Source: Mesotaenium endlicherianum (lineage: Eukaryota). From it: 44,086 nt of DNA. Positions 1 through 10,303 of the stretch are shown piece by piece; position 1 is the first letter of the stretch, and each line of letters opens with the position of its first letter. Made by a program: the position numbers and the translations under genes. Location of the stretch: the NCBI GenBank assembly GCA_009602735.1, contig WELA01003469.1, forward strand, positions 142,166-186,251. The letters are read 5' to 3'. Below the pieces are notes generated by a model. It was given only the letters and a program-made list of their open reading frames with translations, searched no databases and was not told where the DNA came from.

Positions 1-2835
1 AACGCACGTATGGCTTGTCTTATTTGGAGAGTGAGGAGTTGAAAACACAGATTGCAGAGCTGGAGGAAAATGGTTACATTTCTCCCAGTAAATCACCGTA
101 CGGCGCACCTATCCTATTTGTTAAGAAAAAGGATGGCAGTATGCGGATGTGTGTGGATTACAGAGCCCTGAACAGAATTACAGTAAAGAACAAGTATGCT
201 TTACCCAGGATCGAGGACTTGCTTGATACCTTGTCCGGCGCTATGGTGTTCAGTAAGATAGATCTCAAGAGTGGTTATCATCAAATCAGAATTGCTGAGG
301 GGAATGAACACAAGACTGCTTTCCGCACACGTTATGGACACTATGAGTTCAACGTGATGCCATTTGGACTGACTAATGCTCCTGCTACCTTTATGGGTGC
401 TATGAATGACAATTTCAGACCTTATTTGGATAAGTTTGTGAAAGTTTTCGTGGATGATATTTTAATTTTCTCTAAAGATGAAGCTCAGCACACTGAACAC
501 TTTAAAACAGTCCTGGACACTCTGCGGAAAAATCACTTATATGCTAAAATGAGCAAGTGTGATTTCTTTAAGGAAAATATTGAATTCTTAGGACACGTTG
601 TCAGTAAGGAAGGCATCAGGGTGGATCCTAAGAAAGTCCAGACCATACGGGACTGGCCAGTACCACAGTCTGTCTCTGAAGTTAGATCCTTCCTCGGGTT
701 GGCTAACTACTATAGGAGATTTATTGAGAATTATTCCACAAAGGCCAGTAAACTGACTGACCTTACTAAGAAAGACATCGGGTATGTGTGGGGGGAAGAG
801 CAGCAGGCTGCCTTCCAGACCCTTAAAGATGCCCTTTGTTCTGCCCCAGTGCTAGCCGTGTATGACCCCAGCAAACCGGTGCAGGTGGTTACTGATGCCT
901 CTGATTTTGCCATGGGTGCTATTTTGTTGCAGCCTGCTGACAAAACCACAAAGGATGGTAAGGTACGGCAGGAGTGGCATCCTGTGTTGTATGAGTCTAT
1001 GAAATTTAATCCAGCGGAGATTAATTACTCAGTGCATGATAAAGAGCTGCTAGCTATCATTCATGTACTCAAACAGTGGAGAGCATACTTACATGGTAAA
1101 GCTTTTAAGGTGATTACAGATCATCTAGCTCTGACCCACTTTCAGAAGAAGTCCAAGCTGTCGAGGAGGGAGAACCGCTGGAGCCAGATGCTGGAGCAGT
1201 TCCAAGTCCAGATCGACTACAAACCAGGGAAGTTGAATCCTGCTGATGCACTCTCTAGAAGACCTGACTTGCAAGAAAGGAACTTTAGTCAGCATACTGT
1301 AGATAAAGTCCTGTGTGCACTCACTTCACTAAAGGTGAAAAAGTCCTTCCTTGAACAACTTAGGAAAGCCTACCTTTCTGACCCAACATTTGAGCCCAGC
1401 CCCACTACTGGTATGTGTCGTGCTACCGCACTCGGGTATAAGCTCAAGGGAGGGGTCTGGGTGACTGAAACCACTTCAGGCAGGCTGAAGCTGGTCATTC
1501 CTAATAATTTGGAAATAAGGTCTCTCTTACTGAGTCAAGCTCATGACAGTCTCCTGGGTGGACATTTGGGGCAGGCCAAAACTGTTGGCAAACTGGCAAA
1601 ACATTATCATTGGGAGGGGTTACCCCGGGAGGTCTTGAAATACGTCAAGTCCTGTGACCAGTGTCAGAGAAATAAGTCTCGGCACACACCACCCGGAGGT
1701 CTCCTGCAACCGTTGCCCATCCCAGCGGGACGCTGGGAAACTATATCCATGGGCTGGGTGGTCTCACTACCAAGAACTGCCAACGGGCATGATTCAATAC
1801 TGGTAGTTGTGGATAAACTGACAAAGATAGTCATTTTTATCCCCACAACTGTCGAAGTGACTGCACTCGAAACAGCCAGACACTTATACAACCATGTAGT
1901 ATGCCAACATGGGCTCCCTTCTAATATCATCTCAGACAGAGACTCAAAATTCACCTCTAAGTTCTGGAGAGCTTTAATGGGGTTAATGGGAGTCAAACAG
2001 CTGCTCAGCACAGCAAACCACCCTCAGACTGATGGGCAGACTGAAAGAACTAACCGAGTTCTGCAGGAGGTGCTGAGAGCATATATTAACCAAAAACAAG
2101 ATAATTGGGATGACCTGTTACCTCAAATTCAGTTTGCGATCAACAGTGCGATGCATGCGTCAACGGGCAAGACTCCTTTTGAACTAAGCCTGGGTAGAGT
2201 CCCTAAGTCTCCTGTAGATGTGCTAGGGGAATCCTTAAGGGATTGACAACCCGGTCTCCCTCCAGTTAACTCAGGAGTTTGCTGACACCCTGTCAGAAGT
2301 CCAACGAAACTTGCACACGGCCCAAGAAAACCAACAAAAATACGCTAATCAACACCGTCGTGAACTCACATTTTCCAAGGGGGATTTAGTCAAACTGCAT
2401 TCTCAGCACCTGTACCTCCCTGGTGTGGTCAAGAAAAAGCTTGGCCCTGTCTGGGTCGGTCCATATTCGGTGGTCCGTCGTGTCGGTCAGAATGCTTACA
2501 AACTGAACATGTCAGCTGAATACAAGGGGCACCCGGTCTTTAATGTCTCCTTCCTGGAACCGTACATCAAAGGTGATACACTGTTCACAGGTCGGTTCCC
2601 TGTCCAACCGGGACCGGTCCCCGCTGTCCGGGACGGCGACCCTGAGGAATATGAGGTCGATGAGATTTTAGACGCTCGCTCGGTCCGTCGATCGTCTAAA
2701 TATGTCATGAAATACCTCATTCGATGGAAGGGTTACGATGCCTCTGGGGACACTTGGGAGTTTAAGGACCACTTGACCAATGCCAAAGGGGCGTTGACAC
2801 GGTTCCACCTTCGGGCCGCTGGAGTCCCTCCATAA
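1..2835 (+). pseudogene. pol: pol polyprotein (RT, RNase H, integrase, chromodomain), disrupted copy
   Basis: RT motifs [43 protein letters not shown] (447-458). RNase H motifs TDASD, KELLAI, TDH, ADALSR. Integrase zinc finger [23 protein letters not shown], and GPY/F module WVGPY. Chromodomain EYEVDEIL..YLIRWKGY..DTWE (~2644-2810). The first frame stops at 2244-2246 and the continuation frame is open from 2239, a +1 shift. The first catalytic Asp reads Gly (SMGW, codon 1752-1754). Confidence 0.93.
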
Positions 2836-3102
2836 CTGTCATTTCAGTTGACACGGGAAGGTGACAGGCGGTCCTGTCTCCATTTAAGTTGGAGGGGAAA
2901 ATATATGACAGTTAGTGAGCGAGAGCGATAAAAACACACTCATACGTTTATGTGTAGCGCATCGCAACTACGTCAACTTTTAGCAATCATCCTGTAAGGT
3001 AAACAGCAGCGAAGCCACTATACTAAATACTAACATACTTCCTGCAATCCCTATGACAAAGGTCCATATCCTACTAACTTGTGCCCTGGTTACATGTGCA
3101 GG

Positions 3103-4779
3103 ATGGCGCCCACCACACAAAAGGAGGACAGAAAGCGCAAGGCAGAAGAAGCCAGGAGGACAATGGAGCAATACCAGAAGGAGCTGGCGGCGACGTCCCT
3201 CACCAGGAGAGAACAAGAAAGGGTCCGCAAGCAACAAGAGGCGGCAGAAGAGGCACAGAGGAAGAAGGATCAGGAAGCGGAAAACCTCAGGAAGGCTGAG
3301 GAGGAGAGACAGAAGAAACAGCAAGAAGAAGCGGCAGCGGCAGAAGAGGAGAAAAGAAAAAAGATTGAAGCGGACAGACAGAAGAGCTTGGCCACTTACA
3401 GGTATACTGTGGTGGGTGGCCAAAACTTCGATAACCTGAAGGAAGCATTGCTGGCAGCCCAGGAGATCAACAGGCTGGAACAGACAACACTGCTACAGAA
3501 GGAAGGAGCTACAGCACTGGACAGGTACATCGAGACACACACCGGCGTGGTCCTTTACGAAGATTATGCTAAGATGGTGGGCTATACAGCAGAGCAGGCC
3601 CGGTATCTCGCAGATGATTCAGAGGACAAGCCGGTCCCCATACCGGGAATAGTGGGAGATCAGAGACTCATCCGGATGGTGAGCATGCGGCCCGATAGCT
3701 TTAAGGATACGGTATTCTACCTCACACTCCTGCCAGCTTACAATGAAGTTGAGAGAAGGAGCTGGGAGTACTTGGCCAGGGAAGCAGGACAGCAGATGTT
3801 CTCTCCCCACTGGTTCCCGTGTAAACTGAGGAAGGCTGAGCACGGACCCCAGTACTACCAGCAGCCAACAGACTGGAGGTGGATGACCGTCACAAATAAG
3901 AAGCAGGAGTGTGACCGAGCCCAACCGGATGACTTCCACTATGGCCTAGACGGCTATCTCATCCTACCACCTCACATTGCCCCTTGGGACCCCAGGCTGA
4001 ATGGATGCCTGAGCAATATGAATGCAGAGACCAAGGAACATAGGAGGAGGGGAAGAGAGTACTTCTCTAAGGGAAAGCATGCCTTTGTCAAATGGGCAAA
4101 GAATGCAGGCCGGATAGATATCAGTAGGCTGAAGGCCAAGCAACCTCCAGCGCGCCCTAAGAAAGGGAGGTCGGTAGACTACTCCATGTCTACTAGGGAG
4201 CAGGACGACTTAGTGGACGAGACCCCTACTCTCTCCGAGGAGGAGGATGAGGAGGATGAGGAAGAAGAACAAGGCAGAGGAGAAGCATCAGCAGCAGGTA
4301 CTCAGGATACCCAGGGACAGGCAGTGGCACTTCCTAAAGAACCACGATCAGGTGTGTGGAATGTGATCCCCGTTATGGCGACAACTGGACCCCGCGCTCG
4401 CTCCCCCAGCCCACCTGCCCAAGCAGGGGAAGAAGCTGATCTGACTGTACTGGGCAGCAGACACAGACAGAAATCCCCAGAGGACAGGGGTGCCAGAAGA
4501 GGGACACGCGGGTGGGCCAGAGGTATGCCAGCCTCCCCCTCCGCTCAGGGGCATGTACCTCTAGCCAATGTATTTCAGCATCCTACTGGAATGCCTGTCT
4601 ATGTGGGAATCAACACCCAAGTGGTTGAAGAGCAGGCCACCATCCTCCGTTCTCCTCGAGGGCCAACTTTAGAGCAAACAGGGTTCTTTAGAAGGCCAGC
4701 TGACAGACCTAGAGGGCTGTCCAGATCTAGGTCCAGATCTCCGTCTCCTGATTCTGAAGCCCCAGGAACAACCCCTTAA
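3103..4779 (+). CDS. Extra ORF (ORF3) of the retrotransposon, ~558 aa, unknown function: N-terminal charged coiled coil, aromatic-rich central region, acidic and RS/Pro-rich tail
   Basis: 1.7-kb uninterrupted ORF between the pol stop and the PPT. In-frame ATGs at 3094 and 3103; TACTAAC (3072-3078) and TGCAG|G (AG at 3100-3101) lie directly before ATG 3103. No signal peptide or hydrophobic TM segment is visible. Confidence 0.8.
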   Translation: MAPTTQKEDRKRKAEEARRTMEQYQKELAATSLTRREQERVRKQQEAAEEAQRKKDQEAENLRKAEEERQKKQQEEAAAAEEEKRKKIEADRQKSLATYRYTVVGGQNFDNLKEALLAAQEINRLEQTTLLQKEGATALDRYIETHTGVVLYEDYAKMVGYTAEQARYLADDSEDKPVPIPGIVGDQRLIRMVSMRPDSFKDTVFYLTLLPAYNEVERRSWEYLAREAGQQMFSPHWFPCKLRKAEHGPQYYQQPTDWRWMTVTNKKQECDRAQPDDFHYGLDGYLILPPHIAPWDPRLNGCLSNMNAETKEHRRRGREYFSKGKHAFVKWAKNAGRIDISRLKAKQPPARPKKGRSVDYSMSTREQDDLVDETPTLSEEEDEEDEEEEQGRGEASAAGTQDTQGQAVALPKEPRSGVWNVIPVMATTGPRARSPSPPAQAGEEADLTVLGSRHRQKSPEDRGARRGTRGWARGMPASPSAQGHVPLANVFQHPTGMPVYVGINTQVVEEQATILRSPRGPTLEQTGFFRRPADRPRGLSRSRSRSPSPDSEAPGTTP

Positions 4780-4877
4780 GGTGACACGCTGAAGAGGCAG
4801 TCAGTAAGGGAGGCTGGTCAGGTTCAGTTCCCTTATTTAAAATTTCTGCAGTTTAATGTTGTCGAGGCGACAACAAG

Positions 4878-4892
4878 TTAAGTTGGAGGGAT
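4878..4892 (+). other. Polypurine tract (PPT) abutting the 3' LTR
   Basis: TTAAGTTGGAGGGAT immediately precedes TGTAATG, the standard PPT position. Confidence 0.8.
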
Positions 4893-5610
4893 TGTAATGA
4901 ATCAGTATATTAGTGGATATAATATTCATTTAAATATAATAGTTAATTAAGTTCAGCCTGCTGAACTTTAGTTAATAGTCAGTCTGCTGGACTTTACATA
5001 ATTATCAGTTTGCTGACTCAGTCGAAAGCAGCAGGCTGAAAGTCCATATAAGTCAGCTGCTGACACATTCTTTGACAGCAAGCTGACTTCCGTGCTCGGT
5101 AGCAGCGAACTGCCTTGATATGCATTTAAGTGCGATATGCTAGATGAATAGCCAGATGACATCCCTATGATGGATGGCTATTCGGGATGATGGGAGATGG
5201 CGGTGGATTTGGTTAACCGAGGTCCTACCAACGTGGTTAACTCCCGGGTAGGCGGTGCCATCGCACTGACCGTTGAACAGTAAACTCATTCCATGTACAT
5301 ACGCTAGGCATTGCTCTCGAGTTCGGCATTCGGAAACGAGGCCAACTCTCTTGTACAGCTTACTGAGAGAGATCTGAATCCAAGGCGAGAAGCCATTGAT
5401 ACGCACTGTCTTCTAACCTTGCTTATGTATGAGTTTACTGATTTGCATCATTGATGCTAGTTTACTCGCATTTGACTTACGAGTATTATTCTATGCTAGT
5501 GTATTGTCCTTTGCCGTTTAACTAGTTAACGGAAATACCATAAGATTACTTGCTGATGTAAAGATCTTTATTAATTGTCAATCGCCTATTTGGTAAGTCG
5601 ATTCATTTCA
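4893..5610 (+). repeat. 3' long terminal repeat (718 bp)
   Basis: Starts TGTAATGAATC and ends GATTCATTTCA (5600-5610), a 10/11 inverted match with TG...CA termini. TATA-like CATATAAG at 5045-5052. Confidence 0.85.
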
Positions 5611-6560
5611 ACCAATGACCAAAAAACTTGGTGTCAATTTGGGTCCCAAACATTGGGCTGGTGTAGCAGCTAGGATACTAAATGAATTTCATATTTGTAA
5701 AGTGCACTGTCGTCCTTACATCTAGATAAATGCTGGAACAAATCAGGACCTAAAAATAAGTTGTACTTTTCCGGATATTGTGCTGAGAAGAAATGTACTT
5801 GTGAGACCTCACACGTTTTCCTTGTAGTACCAAAAAGTGCACTAAAAAATCTCGAAAAAATCGGAAAAAGTACATTGCCAGATTGTTTACTCAAAGTAGA
5901 TTCAATATATATATGGCTCTTATGTACCACATAAGCACTGATTTTAGTATGAGCATTCAAAGATAGGCAATTGTGGTGTCCGTTTTGGTCCTATAGGCAG
6001 TGAATCTAGTGTTAAAGCTCACTTCACGCATTGAAGTGTGCTACTCTTACAAAATACATGATTTTTATTTTGAACAACGCTGGTACATGAATCAACCTAT
6101 TCTAAGAAGTATAAATGCCTGGAGACTCTTCGTAAAATGACCATCAACTTTAGAAAGAGAACAGACACACCATGGAATATAATTAACGAGATTTAATGGA
6201 CTTGAGGTGTAACGATCTGAGCTTTTTAGGCATAATTAGGATATATTTCTAATTTCCAAAAATACGTTACACTTTTGAATCGATGAAAGATTGCACTGTG
6301 ACGAATTTCTCGCCACACACTTGTGCCCACAACTTCCGGTCGATTGGCGAAACGACTAGCAATTTTAACGATAACGTATCTTTGATACTTTGCAAAAGAA
6401 TATTGTGATTAATCATAAGTTTTTTTGATTAATTACAAACGATTAATTAAGAACTACTTAACTTATTATGACTTTCATTATTTCGGATAATGTCTGTCAC
6501 AATGTTTCGACTTAACGACGATCGCTAAATCGAAAAAAACCCGAATCGGTGACTCAAGAA

Positions 6561-6726
6561 TGTCACCGACCGAAATCGAACCCGCGACCTCCCGGTCGCG
6601 TCAGCGCGATTCTACGATAGTTATAATTCCAATGAACCCAAAATTACAAAGTTACTTTGTACACGAAGGGATTCAAACCCTTGTCCTTTGTTTGAAACGT
6701 TCACACCTGACCAATAGGCCAAAGAG
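6561..6726 (-). other. Two tandem degenerate tRNA-like (Pol III A/B-box) units, SINE-like or TE-derived
   Basis: Minus-strand unit ~6726-6658: TGGCCTATTGG (A-box-like) and AAGGG-TTTGAAT-CCCTT (T-arm with 5-bp stem and 7-nt loop). Unit ~6630-6561: GAGGTCGCGGGTTCGATTTC (B-box). Neither has an intact acceptor stem. Confidence 0.5.
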
Positions 6727-9700
6727 TTTTTATAAGCTCCCGGTTCATGTTAGACGTACACGTACGCGACCAATCGAACAGTCGCGACTTTTTCAGAAAG
6801 TCGCGTGAACATGAAAACACCCTTTTGGCTTGAAACGATATATCGGAAATCGTCGAAAAGTCTCCAAACGGCCAAACGACGCGTTACAAGCATTCAACCG
6901 AATGGGTCATACCCCTTCGCCTGTTTTCGTCGAACATGAACCAGTGCCCTAGCAGGTAACTCGAAGCACTCCAGTGCCTCACATTGTGCAGATATATGTA
7001 CTTGCAAGAGTCATTGTGAGTGCAATTCTCACAGCACGCATTCTACGACTTTACGTTTTTTTTCTCATAGTCTCAAGTATTTAGAAATTCGCAAAGTTGT
7101 CGATGATTCTTCCATTAAGTAATTATTTTTTCTTGAATACCGAGCAAAGATCCTTGAGAAAAGCAAAAACGTTACATAAGGATGGTGCACTTGTAGCATG
7201 GGCTTTGGTTTCTACGCGTTGCAAAAACACGACTTCGAGAATAAAACGGACGCTAACTTTAAATGTTCCAATCTTTAACCAATTCCGGTTAGTAATTCCA
7301 CAAACAATGAGATTTGTAACTTCGAATCTTTGTTGACAAGAAAAATTGAAGATGAAACCACTGAAGAAACTATATTACACGCACCACTAGCCTGGCATCC
7401 ATAGAACAATGAGTAAAATGGTCTTGTTTTGAGGTAGGCTAAAGATCTGTTAGGATGAAGCTCAAGTATCAGGGTTGGTGACTTTCCTTAACTGCCCTAA
7501 GTCTCGACCACCCTCAGGCTCCAATCACTCCCAATTTGAAACGGCCGTGTGCCAGGCACCTTTCGTGGTATTTGCTTGGATAGGGTCGGGACTCGGAACT
7601 CAAGGCTTGGGTATCGAGAGTCGGAACTCAAAAACTCGGAGGTTAAGAATGTGAACTCTGGACTTTAGACTTGTCGGCATGTGCTGTTGATCACTTTTGA
7701 CGCACCATTTTTCAATCTTTTTTGACAAACATGATGGCAACATGACATATTTGAACATGACAAGCACAAGTTCAATAAAGTGAGGTGCACGTCAAGTGGA
7801 AGCCGCCATCAAGCGTTTTAGATAGCCTGTAAGGTCATAGGATTGTGGAGTGCATTTTTTGGTCATTTTGATATAAAATTCGTCAAATTTGGTTAAGAAT
7901 TGAGAAAGTTATGGATTTCAGAAGTTTAATTAGTTTAAAGGTTGGTCGACAATTGTCCTTCATTTGCGGTGAGCGCAATCGTCGGATTGACCGACAGCGT
8001 CGAGCGATCTGGGTCATTAGAGAGAATTCAAACCTTCGCGTAATTTCGGCTGACGCGGAGTGCCGACTAGGTCGATTTACCTTTAAGTTTTGAATTAGCC
8101 TAGCGCGCCTGAGTTAGTATTTTTTAGATATTTTGATGCATGCATGTGGACGTCAAATCGGCCTGCCACGTCATATGAGGCTGATCTGGCCTACTCAAGA
8201 TTATTTTGGAAGGGACGATTTGACAAACACTTAGAGATTTCGTTGCTAAGCGGCCCTCCCTCTTGGGGGCGAGCGGTCGTCATAGAATACTATAAATAGA
8301 CATAACTTCTTCGTTTTTTTTATCAATTTTCAATTTTGTAAATTTCTACGAGTTTGTAATGACAAGGTCTTTCATCCTATTCCATTTGTGAGCAATTTCT
8401 TGCTACTCAAAATGTCAAGTAAATTTTCATGGCTTTCTTAGTGATATGCCGTTGCACTCTAGAGTATGATTGCAACTAGTCTGGTTCCTCGTGAGTCTTT
8501 ACGCTTCCACTAGGGCACTCCGCTCCTTTCATAGCTACAGTTGCCTATGTGATAGCAACATCAAACTTGACATATGGGCGGCTCAAGCAAACACAATGTG
8601 CGCGGTGTGATGGCACGTGAAAAAAGATAAAGTTTTGATTGTTCTATCATATTTAAAGTTACAAAAACTATCAGGTTGTGACGACTTGATAATGATTTAC
8701 AAGTTCCTTCAGTCTAACGAGCTTGATGCAAACATGCAATTTTTTGAGTCCTCGCATTGCATCCTATTGCAGGTACTTCACATTTTGTGGACAATTAGTT
8801 ATGAACCGATCTAATTTTTAGATCACTTCGAGAAATGGAAAGTATTTGGATTTGTACACAAGTGATTCTCTTATCTTCAAACTTATATCCCACATAAGTC
8901 TCGGCGCAAATATTTCTTATCTTGAATGATAATCAACAGCCTTCGCATTTTCGTATATTTAGAGCAATTCACTACCTCCACATACACAAACTTAAGTGAA
9001 GGTTTGGAATGTATAAGAGGCCGCAAATTCAAGTTTAAATTACTTGGTTAGGTTTTGGATATTGGATTTTATCTACGCTATGTAGATAAACTTTGATAAT
9101 TGTACTTCGGGTCTAGTACGCTACACGCGTCAAATATCTGGATGAAAAGTATTTTTGGACGATATTGAAGTATATAGCAACAATATCGAATAAAATACAA
9201 CAATTGACAAATTTCATACAACGCACGACTCGACCAACAACTCAAAAAATAGTTTTGCGTCTTGACCTATATTTTGAACCAATAATATTGGGGTAAGTCA
9301 TGTCATGTCCATGTCGGGAAAGATTGAATTACGCATGATTAAAATCTCATCTATTTGGAGCTTGATGAAAGGATACATCCCAAAAGACTCCCCCATAAAA
9401 ATGCCGCTTGAATTGACCAAAGTCTTGTTTTCTAAAAATCATCTCTGGCCAACGCTAAGGGTTTCGGGGAACATTTGGCAAAATTGGAAAATTTTTGGAA
9501 GCATTTTTGTTTGGCAGGATAATATCCCAAGACATTTTAGGTAAAACCGCACGATATTGGGATTTATGCGGCATCCACTCAAGATTATTATGATGTACCT
9601 TTTCGTCGAGAATCGAGTTTTATGACATCTAAACGATTTTAAAACATCCAAAATAGCAAATGCATCGAAAAAGTTTTCAATTGTGGCGTCTGCCCGTGAA

Positions 9701-10194
9701 TCCACACGAGATCCTATCATATGTGCCCATCGGTCTCGCTATCATGTAACATGGTAACCAAAAGTGGTAGTTTGTGACATATGCGCTTCAGATATCCCAA
9801 ATAACTACATAACATATTAAATATAAATATAAGAAAATATACTATGACGAATAGGCTTGTGATTAGAATAGGAGTAGGAAGTAGTACAAATGCAATCTAT
9901 CTGCACTTGCACAAACTTCTTAGTCACTGAAATGAATGGTGAGTATTGTCTTCGAGGATAATAATGTGTGCGAAGTTCTTTGACTTTCACTTTCGATGGT
10001 TCGTTAGGATATTTATTTTGGCGAGTTATCATAATTATGTGACACTTGTCTGATTGCTTATGTCACAAATCTAGTTTTGCGCAAAGTACTTGTCGCAATA
10101 CTTCTATTTGAGATTTCGGAAACGAAGGAGGGAAATGGAGGGTCAGGTAGGGTCCGTGCGAATTCGTGTGGCATGTCATTTGTTCGTGTAAGGC

Positions 10195-10303
10195 CTACGT
10201 GGACGTCATCTACATGCGCGAGGGGTAGTTTGGTAATTAGTTTGAAAGCAGGGGTAGATTTTGTAATAAAAAAGTTGGGAGGGGTAGTTTTGTAATTTGC
10301 CCT
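10195..10303. mobile_element. Mutator (MULE)-like terminal inverted repeat remnant
   Basis: Three copies of AGGGGTAG(T/A)TTT(T)G(G)TAAT at 10221, 10250 and 10280, ending ...TAATTTGCCCT. The reverse complement GGGCAAATTACAAAACTACCCCT resembles plant MULE termini. No partner TIR was found in the window. Confidence 0.5.

Larger units (their letters stand above)
1..5610 (+). mobile_element. Ty3/gypsy LTR retrotransposon (chromovirus), 3' portion; 5' LTR, PBS, gag and protease lie upstream of the window
   Basis: Domain order RT-RNaseH-IN-chromodomain, then an extra ORF, a PPT (4878-4892) and an LTR bounded TG...CA (4893-5610). The putative 3' TSD is ACCAA (5611-5615); it cannot be checked without the 5' end. 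Confidence 0.95.

Noticed and set aside
2230..2250. Programmed ribosomal frameshift between integrase core and chromodomain tail
   Set aside because: No in-frame Ty1/Ty3 +1 heptamer or -1 slippery site. Together with the D-to-G change, a simple indel or sequencing error is more likely.
3103..4779. ORF3 as a retroviral-type envelope gene
   Set aside because: The position fits, but no signal peptide, TM helix or fusion-peptide-like segment is visible, and the composition is highly charged.
5146..5190. Hammerhead ribozyme in the LTR
   Set aside because: CAGATGA-stem-GCTA resembles CUGANGA-stem II-GAAA only loosely; both core segments deviate.
6561..6726. Functional tRNA genes
   Set aside because: No pairing acceptor or anticodon stems; only the box motifs and one T-arm remain.
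8300..10100. Transposase coding remnant in the AT-rich block
   Set aside because: Only short ORFs, and I could not recognise any DDE, zinc-finger or helicase motif.
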